Assembly: GCA_016219465.1 (NCBI GenBank)
Contig: JACRMW010000034.1
Location: forward strand, 176 to 24,175
Length of the DNA stretch: 24,000 nucleotides
Direction: 5' to 3'
DNA from: Candidatus Aenigmatarchaeota archaeon
GTDB lineage: Archaea > Aenigmatarchaeota > Aenigmatarchaeia > GW2011-AR5 > JACRAC01
This document shows, in pieces, positions 7,678 through 15,065 of this stretch (positions are counted from its first letter, which is position 1; every line of letters starts with the position of its first letter). The position numbers and the translations under genes are program-made. The notes under the pieces are model-generated. The model was not told where the DNA came from. It saw only the letters and a program-made list of their open reading frames with translations, and did not search any database.

Positions 7678-7913
7678 TTATAGCAAACCAAGTAGATAAT
7701 CAGGTATGATACATGGTGGACCCGTTGAGTCCACCTGTACAGGTTGAGCATAGCTCAACCATGTATATTGGTTTGCTATACAGAATTGAACATAATTCAA
7801 TCTGTACAGGTAAAGCTTGCCTTGCCATGTATCGGTACAAGGAGGAAAATATATTTCCTCCTGTACAACAGAAGCAAAGCTTCTGTTTGTATTCTTTTGT
7901 TGGCTCACTATAA
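7678..7913 (+). repeat. TGTACA-hairpin mosaic array B
   Basis: Ends are TTATAG (7678-7683) and CTATAA (7908-7913). Hairpins lie at 7715-7735, 7742-7760, 7783-7802, 7809-7826, 7840-7862 and 7867-7887. Junctions are TGTACA at 7736, 7803 and 7862, GTACA at 7835, and ATGTAT/TGTAT variants. The inner inverted repeat TATAGCAAACCAA (7679-7691) / TTGGTTTGCTATA (7768-7780) encloses the first two hairpins. Confidence 0.9.
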
Positions 7914-7915
7914 TT

Positions 7916-8296
7916 TCACACAATAAAACTCAGATCTCCGATTTCTGGATTGATCACAACATCGCAGTTATTCCATTTGCCACGCTCTTTATTTTTATAC
8001 CCTTCATAAAACCATACATATTCATTCTGCTGCTGTTCAGACGTTTCAAATATTTCATTAGCAGTTTTCAGATCACTCAGCTTTGCTTCAGTATAGCCTT
8101 TCCAAAATAATTTTGATCTAAGTGGTTTTAGCGACTTGTAGTTTCCAACAATATTAACCTGTGTAAAGAAATATATTTCTGGCATCTTGCTGGCATTGTT
8201 TATAAGATAAGCCATGCTTTTTTCATTCATTGTTTTTCTAGCATTTCTCTCATAATTTTCTGATTCTTCATAAGATGTTAAATTATCACTATACAT
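7916..8296 (-). CDS. hypothetical protein whose 5' end is disrupted by a 19-bp tandem duplication
   Basis: ORF 7916-8308 (GTG start), with an internal ATG at 8296. An SD-preceded ATG at 8327 would be in frame only if one 19-bp repeat copy were removed. No family recognised. Confidence 0.5.
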   Translation of the reverse strand: MYSDNLTSYEESENYERNARKTMNEKSMAYLINNASKMPEIYFFTQVNIVGNYKSLKPLRSKLFWKGYTEAKLSDLKTANEIFETSEQQQNEYVWFYEGYKNKERGKWNNCDVVINPEIGDLSFIV

Positions 8297-8320
8297 AACC
8301 TTTATCACTATACATAACCT
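8283..8320. repeat. perfect 19-bp x2 tandem duplication (TTATCACTATACATAACCT)
   Basis: Copies at 8283-8301 and 8302-8320 are identical. They cover the start region of the 7916-8327 gene. Confidence 0.95.
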
Positions 8321-8517
8321 GCTTCATTACTCCTTCATACAGGGGATTTGTTTTCATGTCCTATGAAAACTCTTGATGCGCTATAATCCTGATCTATTGC
8401 TCCTATCATTTTATCACTTCAGTTACTTGCATGCAAAGCTTTAAATGTTGACTATTTGGTTGAGAATAGAAATTAGAATATCTTTTTAGCTAATTTATTT
8501 ACAGAGCACAAACAGTT

Positions 8518-8964
8518 CTAGGCTTCAACGGTTCTTGATTTCGTGTCAGCTGTGTTCAGCTTAGGCGCTTCTGCTGATGTTTTTGCGTCTCCTTCTATTT
8601 TCTTTTCTTCTTCTGCTTTTTGCATTGCCTTTGCGCCCATTCTTGCCTTTAGCTGATCCAAGAGTTTTTCTTTTTTCCTGACTTTCATTGCCACAAAATC
8701 CTGATAATCACGGCCAAGAATCTCTGCTTTGACAACATCATCTGCAATGACAGCTTTTACCCTTACCATTGTCTGCGGCTTTTTTGGCCCTCTTGTCCAG
8801 ACAAGCGAGTTCAGGTGCCTGCCTATCTTTATTGTCTTCTTTTTTGTATGCAGCTTCAGATATTCTTTGATGAGAGCCATTGCATAATTTGATCTCCTCA
8901 TCCTGCACTTTTTGCGCGTTTCTCCAATAGGAATATTAAAAACTTTTTCAACTGGTTCTGCCAT
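8518..8964 (-). CDS. rpl31e: ribosomal protein L31e with a K/E/A-rich C-terminal extension
   Basis: VFNIPIGETRKKCRMRRSNYAMALIKEYLKLH...LNSLVWTRGPKKPQTMVRVKA matches the L31e core. It lies directly downstream of L39e. Confidence 0.9.
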   Translation of the reverse strand: MAEPVEKVFNIPIGETRKKCRMRRSNYAMALIKEYLKLHTKKKTIKIGRHLNSLVWTRGPKKPQTMVRVKAVIADDVVKAEILGRDYQDFVAMKVRKKEKLLDQLKARMGAKAMQKAEEEKKIEGDAKTSAEAPKLNTADTKSRTVEA

Positions 8965-8995
8965 TTTTAAACACCTTAATTATTCAAGATTATTA

Positions 8996-9160
8996 TCACA
9001 CCTTAATCCTGCCTCGTCTCCAGTGTTTTGTGGCAATGCGAATTCTTCGCGTTCTTGCTCTTTTCAGAGTGAATTTCCTGATATCAGCCCATCTAGGAGC
9101 GCTCTGCTTCCTGGCTGCCACAAGTTTTCTTTTTTCACCGGATTTTTTTATTGAACCCAT
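8996..9160 (-). CDS. rpl39e: ribosomal protein L39e (54 aa)
   Basis: Below the ORF-track cutoff. My translation is MGSIKKSGEKRKLVAARKQSAPRWADIRKFTLKRARTRRIRIATKHWRRGRIKV, with the typical basic L39e sequence ending HWRR..K.KV. Confidence 0.85.
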   Translation of the reverse strand: MGSIKKSGEKRKLVAARKQSAPRWADIRKFTLKRARTRRIRIATKHWRRGRIKV

Positions 9161-9254
9161 TAATATCACATGATGTTATTTTAGATATCTTATTAAGATG
9201 ATATTTAAATGCCTGTTAATATTCTGATGGCAATAATCTTTAAATATATCCATT

Positions 9255-9270
9255 CCCATATATAAATGGG
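9255..9270 (+). promoter_or_regulatory. short palindrome CCCAT-ATATAA-ATGGG around a TATA-like box upstream of vapB
   Basis: 5-bp arms flank ATATAA, ending 9 nt before the ATG at 9279. A role as promoter or antitoxin operator is inferred. Confidence 0.3.
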
Positions 9271-9278
9271 TAGTGGGT

Positions 9279-9536
9279 ATGACTAATGTGAAAATTGATG
9301 ACAGGGGCAGAATATTAATACCTCAAGAAATTCGCGAAGCTATACATATGGAATCAGAAGAGGTGTTGAATCTGGTTTTAGAGGATGACACTATTCTTCT
9401 AAGGAGATTAAGACACAAAAAGACGCAGAAGAAGGATTCTTTGCTTGTTTTATTAGAATCTCCTATGCATGTTGATCCAAAGAAATTAAAGGGGATTGAT
9501 CTGGAAGAGATAGAGAATAAAATGTGGTTGCCGTGA
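9279..9536 (+). CDS. vapB: AbrB/SpoVT-family antitoxin (VapB-like)
   Basis: MTNVKIDDRGRILIPQEIREAIHMESEEVL is a canonical SpoVT-AbrB N-terminus. It overlaps the downstream PIN gene. Confidence 0.8.
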   Translation: MTNVKIDDRGRILIPQEIREAIHMESEEVLNLVLEDDTILLRRLRHKKTQKKDSLLVLLESPMHVDPKKLKGIDLEEIENKMWLP

Positions 9537-9925
9537 TTCTTATAGATTCCAATATATGGATTTTTGCAAATATTGAGGAATATCCTGAGAACAGTTCTGC
9601 AAGAAAACTCATAATAAATGCCACAAAAGAACAGATAGCAATCAATGCAATAATTTTGTCAGAAGTCTTTCATAAGCTGAGTGTCTTGACAAATGTTGAA
9701 AAGGCAATAAAAGCCATTGAAAATATCATTGATTCAGATTATGTTGTTTATCTGCCAATTGAAGAATCCACCATATCAAAAGCATTATATCTTACAAAGA
9801 AGCAACTTAGAATAAATGACGCTATAATTGCGCAGCATGCAAAGGACATTAGATGCAAACTCTTGAGCGACAATGCAAAGGATTTCAATAAAATAGACGG
9901 CATAAAGTTGTTAAAATTCAGATGA
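9524..9925 (+). CDS. vapC: PIN-domain ribonuclease toxin (VapC-like)
   Basis: Acidic PIN residues occur in LIDSN, SEV, NDAIIA and SDNAKDF. The GTG start at 9524 overlaps vapB by 13 nt; an in-frame GTG at 9533 overlaps by 4 nt (GTGA). Confidence 0.85.
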   Translation: MVAVILIDSNIWIFANIEEYPENSSARKLIINATKEQIAINAIILSEVFHKLSVLTNVEKAIKAIENIIDSDYVVYLPIEESTISKALYLTKKQLRINDAIIAQHAKDIRCKLLSDNAKDFNKIDGIKLLKFR

Positions 9926-10261
9926 TTATTTTCTTGTTATCTTGAAACTGTGTTTGCCTTCTATCTGGCTTAGTATTGCTATCAACTGCTCCTCTGTTAT
10001 CTTTTGCTGCAGCTGACCTGACTGGTATGCCTGCGCGAGATATATTTCCACCTGTGTTGCAACATCAGGCTTAACCATCTTTAGATTATTAAGACGCTCC
10101 CGCGCTTTTGGCTCTAGTATTTCTGTCATGATCATTTTGAGCATTTCCAGCTGCTGATTGATAGCATGCTGCTGGCCTGCTGCCTGCTGCATCATCTGCT
10201 GCTGATAGAGCTGCTGCTGTTTTTCAAGCATTCTTCGTTTGAGCTTACTTTCTTCATTCAT
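9926..10261 (-). CDS. PDCD5/TFAR19-like double-stranded-DNA-binding protein
   Basis: ILEPKARERLNNLKMVKPDVATQVEIYLAQAYQSGQLQQKITEEQLIAILSQI matches the PDCD5-like archaeal family. The ATG at 10261 is preferred over the TTG at 10276. Confidence 0.8.
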   Translation of the reverse strand: MNEESKLKRRMLEKQQQLYQQQMMQQAAGQQHAINQQLEMLKMIMTEILEPKARERLNNLKMVKPDVATQVEIYLAQAYQSGQLQQKITEEQLIAILSQIEGKHSFKITRK

Positions 10262-10263
10262 AA

Positions 10264-10446
10264 TTATAGCTGCCAAAGAAAGTATTAATTCTTTTGGATG
10301 GCTGGAACAGATTTCAATTCACAGAATCAATGGAAAAAACGGATTCAATACTCCTGCGGTTCTTGACTTTAATCTTCACGAACCACAGAATGCAAAGAGG
10401 ATATTTCTATAGTCTCTATCTTGATTATTTCATTGGCTTGCTATAG
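10264..10446 (+). repeat. degenerate member of the TTATAG...CTATAG element superfamily
   Basis: The left end is TTATAGCTGCCAAAGAA...TTCTTTTGGATGGCT. The right end GATTATTTCATTGGCTTGCTATA (10423-10445) is identical to 3293-3315. The interior lacks clean TGTACA cassettes. Confidence 0.55.
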
Positions 10447-10462
10447 CTGTTTGTTTTTGCGA

Positions 10463-10879
10463 TCAGCTTTTACAATCCTTTGCAATCTTGTCAAGAAACC
10501 GCTGTCCTTCTTTTGTGACTATTCTGCCTTTTTTTGGCTTGTTTACTTTTTCAATAAGACCTGCTCTTTCAAGCTCTTGTAAAGATGTTCTTATTACCTT
10601 GCCTCCTGCTTTCTTGAAATGTGAAGGTTTGTGTCCAAGATTTCTTAATCCGCCATAGTATGACCTAAGTTTGGAAACACCAATAGGACCATCCATGTAT
10701 ACTTTTCTTAGAAGGCTGGCTGTTCTCAAGAACCACCAATCTTTCTGTTCAGGCGGCCTTTCCTTACATACTCCTGTTTTTACAAAATTAGCCCACTCTG
10801 GCATTTGTATTCTTTTCTCCAGTTCCAATGATGCTTTTTTCACAAGCAGTGATTGATTGACGTCACGAATTGATACCAT
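10463..10879 (-). CDS. rps19e: ribosomal protein S19e
   Basis: PEWANFVKTGVCKERPPEQKDWWFLRTASLLRKVY...GGKVIRTSLQELERAGLI matches S19e. The ATG at 10879 is preferred over the GTG at 10888. Confidence 0.9.
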   Translation of the reverse strand: MVSIRDVNQSLLVKKASLELEKRIQMPEWANFVKTGVCKERPPEQKDWWFLRTASLLRKVYMDGPIGVSKLRSYYGGLRNLGHKPSHFKKAGGKVIRTSLQELERAGLIEKVNKPKKGRIVTKEGQRFLDKIAKDCKS

Positions 10880-10958
10880 GTTTTTCACATTTCTAATTTT
10901 ATACTATTAGTACAAAGATATTTAATATAAAGAGATTTAAACATATTTCATCTGAGAA

Positions 10959-11291
10959 TTACATCACTACTGCTCCTGGCTCTGCATTTCTATCTATTGT
11001 AAGCAGGACTGACTTGCCATCAACAACAGCTGCCAACAGCATTCCCTGGGATTCCAACCCTTTGAGTTTTTTAGGCACAAGATTTGCAAGGACTATAATA
11101 TTCCTTCCAATGAGCTCGCCTGCAGAATAACTGTCTGCAATGCCTGCAACCAATTGTATATCATCTTTTTCTCCAATATCCACCTGCAGTTTCATGAGTT
11201 TGTCTGTGCCTGCCACGTGCTCTGCTTTCTTTATCATTCCAACGCGCAATTCAAGCTTTTGGAAATCGGCATATCCTATCAGTTCCTTCAT
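10959..11291 (-). CDS. tRNA-binding domain protein (Trbp111/CsaA/MetRS C-terminal-like)
   Basis: FQKLELRVGMIKKAEHVAGTDKLMKLQVDIGE...VANLVPKKLKGLESQGMLLAA is the classic EMAP/Trbp OB-fold signature. Confidence 0.85.
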   Translation of the reverse strand: MKELIGYADFQKLELRVGMIKKAEHVAGTDKLMKLQVDIGEKDDIQLVAGIADSYSAGELIGRNIIVLANLVPKKLKGLESQGMLLAAVVDGKSVLLTIDRNAEPGAVVM

Positions 11292-11324
11292 GATGCATCA
11301 CGATATATTTGTCAGTTCTCTAAT

Positions 11325-11476
11325 TTATAGCCAACCAAATAAACAAACCGGACATAAATTTGGTTAGCTGCATTCAGAAAACAAAGTTTTCTGATGTGCC
11401 AAAGAACTTTTAGTTTTTTGAGCATATACGAGCAACAAAAAATATTATACTCGATTACTTTGTTAGCTCGCTATAT
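11325..11476 (+). repeat. degenerate member of the TTATAG-ended element superfamily
   Basis: TTATAG-CCAACCAAAT (11325-11340) pairs with ATTTGGTTAGCT (11358-11369). The hairpin CAGAAAAC-AAA-GTTTTCTG lies at 11375-11393. The closing repeat is CGAGCAACAAA...TTTGTTAGCTCG followed by CTATAT. The right end overlaps the last codons of the Rpp21 gene. Confidence 0.5.
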
Positions 11477-11786
11477 ACTCCTTTAATTTGTATCTCATAA
11501 CCCTGCTGCAGTTTAGGCATTTTATTTTTAAAAATCCTTTTTCCTGGGTTTCCTCTGAGCTTACTCCATTGCAAAGATATTTCTTACACTGTCTGCAGAA
11601 TCTTCTTCTATAATTTGACGGCAGCCTTACATTGTAACGCATGCCTATCTTTCTTGCAAGATGAATATAACGATTTGCATATTCTATCCTTCCTTTTTTT
11701 GCAGACTGCTCTGCATGGTTAAATAGCATGGCTATCCTTTCTTTTGCTATTTTTACCTGATCAGCCGGTTTTTGCCTGCTTCGCAT
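11463..11786 (-). CDS. rnp4: RNase P protein component Rpp21/Rpr2
   Basis: N-terminal helices (RIAMLFNHAEQSAKKGRIEYANRYIHLARKIGMRYNVRLP) are followed by a zinc ribbon, FCRQCKKYL...IKCLNCSRV. Confidence 0.85.
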   Translation of the reverse strand: MRSRQKPADQVKIAKERIAMLFNHAEQSAKKGRIEYANRYIHLARKIGMRYNVRLPSNYRRRFCRQCKKYLCNGVSSEETQEKGFLKIKCLNCSRVMRYKLKEYIAS

Positions 11787-11798
11787 ATATTATCATAC

Positions 11799-11922
11799 TC
11801 TTTCGCGCTCACTGCGCTCAGATGCGCATCAAAGATGCTTCTTCGCTTTGCTCGCTTGAATCTTTCGCGCTCACTGCGCTCAGATGCGCATCAAAGATGC
11901 TTCTTCGCTTTGCTCGCTTGAA
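11799..11922. repeat. perfect 62-bp x2 tandem repeat, locally GC-rich
   Basis: Unit TCTTTCGCGCTCACTGCGCTCAGATGCGCATCAAAGATGCTTCTTCGCTTTGCTCGCTTGAA occurs at 11799-11860 and 11861-11922. It contains the 10-bp palindrome GATGCGCATC. It fills most of the gap between the nuclease stop (11923) and the Rpp21 start (11786). Confidence 0.95.
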
Positions 11923-12459
11923 TCAGCAAACATTCTCAGACTTTTCATTGAATAGAGTGGTGTTGAAATAGATGCTGGAATTTGTGCGCAACGCAACTGC
12001 CATTGCATCAGAAGGCTTCATGTCCAGCTGCAAAATATCATTGCCAACCCTGAAATAAGCATCTGAATAAAATGTATCATCCGCAAATGCATAGACCATG
12101 ACTGATTCTACTTTTATATTATATGCCTGCATTAGCGAGACCATTCCTTCATAGATATCTGGCCTCTGATCAGTTCTGTTATAGAGAGCATTGAATATAC
12201 CCAAGGCTCTTTCGGGTGTTGTTTCTGCAGTCAGCTGTCTGCACCCTTTTTTTATCAGAACCGAGGCGCCTGTTACTTCAAAGGAATCTGGCTTAATATA
12301 ACCTGGAGGAACTTTCCATTCTGCATATTCTACATTGTCTTGCTGTCTGATAACATCAATGGATTTGCTTGTTGCTAAATACAGCAATAAAGACACTAGA
12401 ATAACTATGATTATTAACAATGCAACTGCAAGATAGAGAAATATAGAGTTTTTTGCCAT
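11923..12459 (-). CDS. membrane-anchored bifunctional nuclease family protein (DUF151/BFN)
   Basis: LQLDMKPSDAMAVALRTNSSIYF and the upstream PERALGIFNAL...DIYEGMVSLMQAYNIKVESVMVY match the DUF151 pattern (SRPSDAIALALR). The N-terminus MAKNSIFLYLAVALLIIIVILVSLLLYL is a transmembrane helix. The ATG at 12459 is preferred over the TTG at 12486. Confidence 0.7.
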   Translation of the reverse strand: MAKNSIFLYLAVALLIIIVILVSLLLYLATSKSIDVIRQQDNVEYAEWKVPPGYIKPDSFEVTGASVLIKKGCRQLTAETTPERALGIFNALYNRTDQRPDIYEGMVSLMQAYNIKVESVMVYAFADDTFYSDAYFRVGNDILQLDMKPSDAMAVALRTNSSIYFNTTLFNEKSENVC

Positions 12460-12541
12460 GTATATCAATATTTTATTAACAAACAAAGCATAAATATGTT
12501 TAAAACGAACTTTATTTTAGACTATATTTTTAGGGTTGTAT

Positions 12542-13462
12542 ATGATAAAATATTATAAATCTGTGAATGGGAGCATCAAAGAATTGAGAAAGCCAAAGCC
12601 AAGATGCTGGATAGATGTCTTTTCACCAAATGAAAAAGAACTGGCAGAACTATCAAAACTGGTGAAAATACCTGTATCTGAATTCAAGATGGCTCTTGAT
12701 GAGGATGAAAGGCCCAGAATAGATATTGGAAAAAACTTCACATTGTTCATATTAAGACTGCCTTTTGTCCAGAAAGAAAATGAAATAGAGACATCTCCTA
12801 TTGGCATCTTCTTGACAAAAAATTATACAATAACAGTCCATCTTTATTACACTGGCTATGTAAAGCCGATATTTGAGCCATCCAAGAATATGCCTATTGA
12901 AAATAAGACAGAATTTATTTTATACATACTTTCACAAACCATCAAGAGTTATTTCCAGGTACTGGGCAAGATAGAAAAACAGATAGATATGATTGAAGAT
13001 GAGGTTGTAAAGAATCCAAGAAACATAATTATTGAGAAAATGGCTGATATCAAGAGAACACTGATATTCTTCTACAGGTCATTGATTGCCAACAGGGTAG
13101 TTGTGCTGTCCATGATAGAGAAGAACATTCTTTTCATTGACAAGAAACGTGTTGAAGACATGAAGGATATTCATACAGAGATATTCCAGTTGCTAGACAT
13201 GACTATAACATACAGGGATCTGCTAAAAGGAAGCATGGATTCATATTCCTCAATAGTCTCAAATAAAGTAGGAGAAACTGTCAAGATACTTACTGTGATA
13301 ACAGCTATACTAACCATACCACTGCTAATAACAGGATTCTGGGGCATGAATATTAGCCTGCCATTTGGCAGTGATCCAAATGCATTTACATTTCTGGTTG
13401 TCCTGCTATTGGCATCCATGATAGGAACATTGTCTATATTCAAGCTGAAGAATTGGCTGTAA
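12542..13462 (+). CDS. corA: CorA-family magnesium/cobalt transporter
   Basis: GMN signature in ITGFWGMNISLPF, followed by a second C-terminal transmembrane helix. Size is typical. ATG at 12542. Confidence 0.9.
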   Translation: MIKYYKSVNGSIKELRKPKPRCWIDVFSPNEKELAELSKLVKIPVSEFKMALDEDERPRIDIGKNFTLFILRLPFVQKENEIETSPIGIFLTKNYTITVHLYYTGYVKPIFEPSKNMPIENKTEFILYILSQTIKSYFQVLGKIEKQIDMIEDEVVKNPRNIIIEKMADIKRTLIFFYRSLIANRVVVLSMIEKNILFIDKKRVEDMKDIHTEIFQLLDMTITYRDLLKGSMDSYSSIVSNKVGETVKILTVITAILTIPLLITGFWGMNISLPFGSDPNAFTFLVVLLLASMIGTLSIFKLKNWL

Positions 13463-13491
13463 GAACAACAACAAAATTTGCTATAGTGCGA

Positions 13492-14724
13492 TTAGCCTTG
13501 TTCGGAAAGTTCAATTTCTTTTCCTGCCAGATCAGAGATCAAGGATGCTGTTTTTTTCTTGTTCTCTGTTATCTGCTGCTTTGCATCTTCTATCATCTGT
13601 TTTATATCCTGCTCCCTTGCTCTTGCAAGATCTATCTTCTTCTCTGTGCTCCTGATCTCTTTTTCAGCGTTCTTATTCAAGTCTTCTTTCTCTGAGAGCA
13701 TGCCTTCTTTATTGCTTAATTCGCTCATTCTCTTGTCAAGTTCATCTATCTCATTCCTGCATTGATTTAGTTCATCTAGTTTGTCAAGAGTCTCTTCAAG
13801 CTTTAGAATGCTTTTCTTGTCTATATCCAATTCATTGTCCTTTGTCATCACAAGGGTTTTTATCAGAACATTTCTTATTTTGTTTTCCCTGTCCTGCATA
13901 AATGCATCATATGGCGATTGTATGTATTCTGATATCAGGGCATCTTCCTTGTTATGATAAGCGCGCTTTAATATTCTTGACATGCTGCCAAGCACAGAAC
14001 TTATCTGCTGCCTTAGATAGGACATTCTTGTATCAAGATGCTTTATACTGCTCCTTGTATCTCTATATTCATCAAGACTGATAAGGGATATGCTGTCTTT
14101 CTTTTTCTCCAGACTGTTCAATTCATTGGATAGATCCTTGAGCTGATCACTTCCCTGCGCTATGCTGTTTTCATATGATGCAATGGATGATATGCATTTC
14201 TCTATGTTATTCTTCTTTTTTGCAAAATCGCCTGATATTATTGATTCCATCTTCTCAATGTTTTTGTATATTATGCTCATCAACCTGGCAACATCAGAGA
14301 ATTCTTCTGAGAAGAAGAATTTTATATGCATAACTTCTTTTGGACTAAGGTCAATCCTGTCAACGTGTTTTTTCGCAGTCCTTGCAAGCTCTCCAATATC
14401 ACCATAGCCAGATATGTTTATTTTCTCTATCTCGAACATGTTGTTGAATGTTGCTATTGATTTCTCAGAAAATCTGTTCTTAACAAGTTCAGATGACTTT
14501 GCCCGCTTTTCCGGGATTTCCTTATTCTTAAGATTGTCCATAACAACAAGAAGGTCTTTTGCAATTGATAATATATTATCCCTGGCAATGCGCGCTTCAA
14601 TGATATCAGTCCGTTCCCTGGACTGTATGCTTTCATAGAAATAATGCTTGAGCCTTTCATAATCCATTGATATTTTTTCTGTCTTTTTCTCTTTTGCAAA
14701 TATTTTTTTCAGTCTGTTGAACAT
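13492..14724 (-). CDS. hypothetical coiled-coil protein (410 aa)
   Basis: Long ORF with an ATG start, E/K/L-rich heptad-like segments, and consistent coding appearance. No family recognised. Confidence 0.6.
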   Translation of the reverse strand: MFNRLKKIFAKEKKTEKISMDYERLKHYFYESIQSRERTDIIEARIARDNILSIAKDLLVVMDNLKNKEIPEKRAKSSELVKNRFSEKSIATFNNMFEIEKINISGYGDIGELARTAKKHVDRIDLSPKEVMHIKFFFSEEFSDVARLMSIIYKNIEKMESIISGDFAKKKNNIEKCISSIASYENSIAQGSDQLKDLSNELNSLEKKKDSISLISLDEYRDTRSSIKHLDTRMSYLRQQISSVLGSMSRILKRAYHNKEDALISEYIQSPYDAFMQDRENKIRNVLIKTLVMTKDNELDIDKKSILKLEETLDKLDELNQCRNEIDELDKRMSELSNKEGMLSEKEDLNKNAEKEIRSTEKKIDLARAREQDIKQMIEDAKQQITENKKKTASLISDLAGKEIELSEQG

Positions 14725-14796
14725 ATGCCATCATATATAGAATAACCTGAAAGCTTAAAGAATTTAGCTTTGTAAAATGTCTGCATTGTGGCATCT

Positions 14797-14931
14797 TCAT
14801 TGCATCTTTTCTGGCTGGATAATCTTTCTTTTCAAGGAGCCAGATGAGAGATAACCACAGACTTTACAGACATGACCAACTGTATCGTAATGATTCATCT
14901 TGCTTGAACACACTGGACAGGTGCCAACCAT
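14797..14931 (-). CDS. small zinc-ribbon protein (44 aa)
   Basis: Below the ORF-track cutoff. My translation is MVGTCPVCSSKMNHYDTVGHVCKVCGYLSSGSLKRKIIQPEKMQ, with CPxC and CxxC pairs. Confidence 0.4.
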   Translation of the reverse strand: MVGTCPVCSSKMNHYDTVGHVCKVCGYLSSGSLKRKIIQPEKMQ

Positions 14932-15065
14932 ATTACCACACAAATCATATTATATAATTTCCAGTATTTAACTTTTATGGCTAAGAAGAATCACTCTTGC
15001 ATTGTGATAAAATTCCATTGCATTGAAGGCTTTATTTCTTTGGGCATAGAGTTAATATAGTGATT

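Noticed and set aside
7627-7725. 32-aa plus-strand ORF (MINEIERLQKANILKKMIGILLMKWIYSKPSR) after ftsY.
   Set aside because: It is very short, has no recognisable motif, and its 3' third is the leader of array B. Treated as non-coding.
7678-7913. CRISPR array interpretation of the hairpin arrays.
   Set aside because: The conserved punctuation is only 5-6 bp, whereas CRISPR repeats are typically over 23 bp. The variable units are self-complementary, about 19-35 bp, and recur at other loci. No cas genes or leader-like organisation are present in the window.
8971-9007. ACACCTTAAT occurs twice (8971-8980 and 8998-9007) around the L39e/L31e junction.
   Set aside because: One copy is the AAGGTG ribosome-binding region of rpl31e, and the other encodes the conserved C-terminal IKV plus stop of L39e. 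A 10-bp coincidence in AT-rich sequence is not convincing as a repeat.
11799-11922. The 62-bp tandem repeat as box C/D sRNA genes or as a DGR template/variable repeat pair.
   Set aside because: The TGATGC and CTGA motifs are only 4 nt apart and lack the C-guide-D'-C'-guide-D layout. The copies are adjacent and identical, with no adenine-specific differences. No reverse transcriptase or target gene is nearby.
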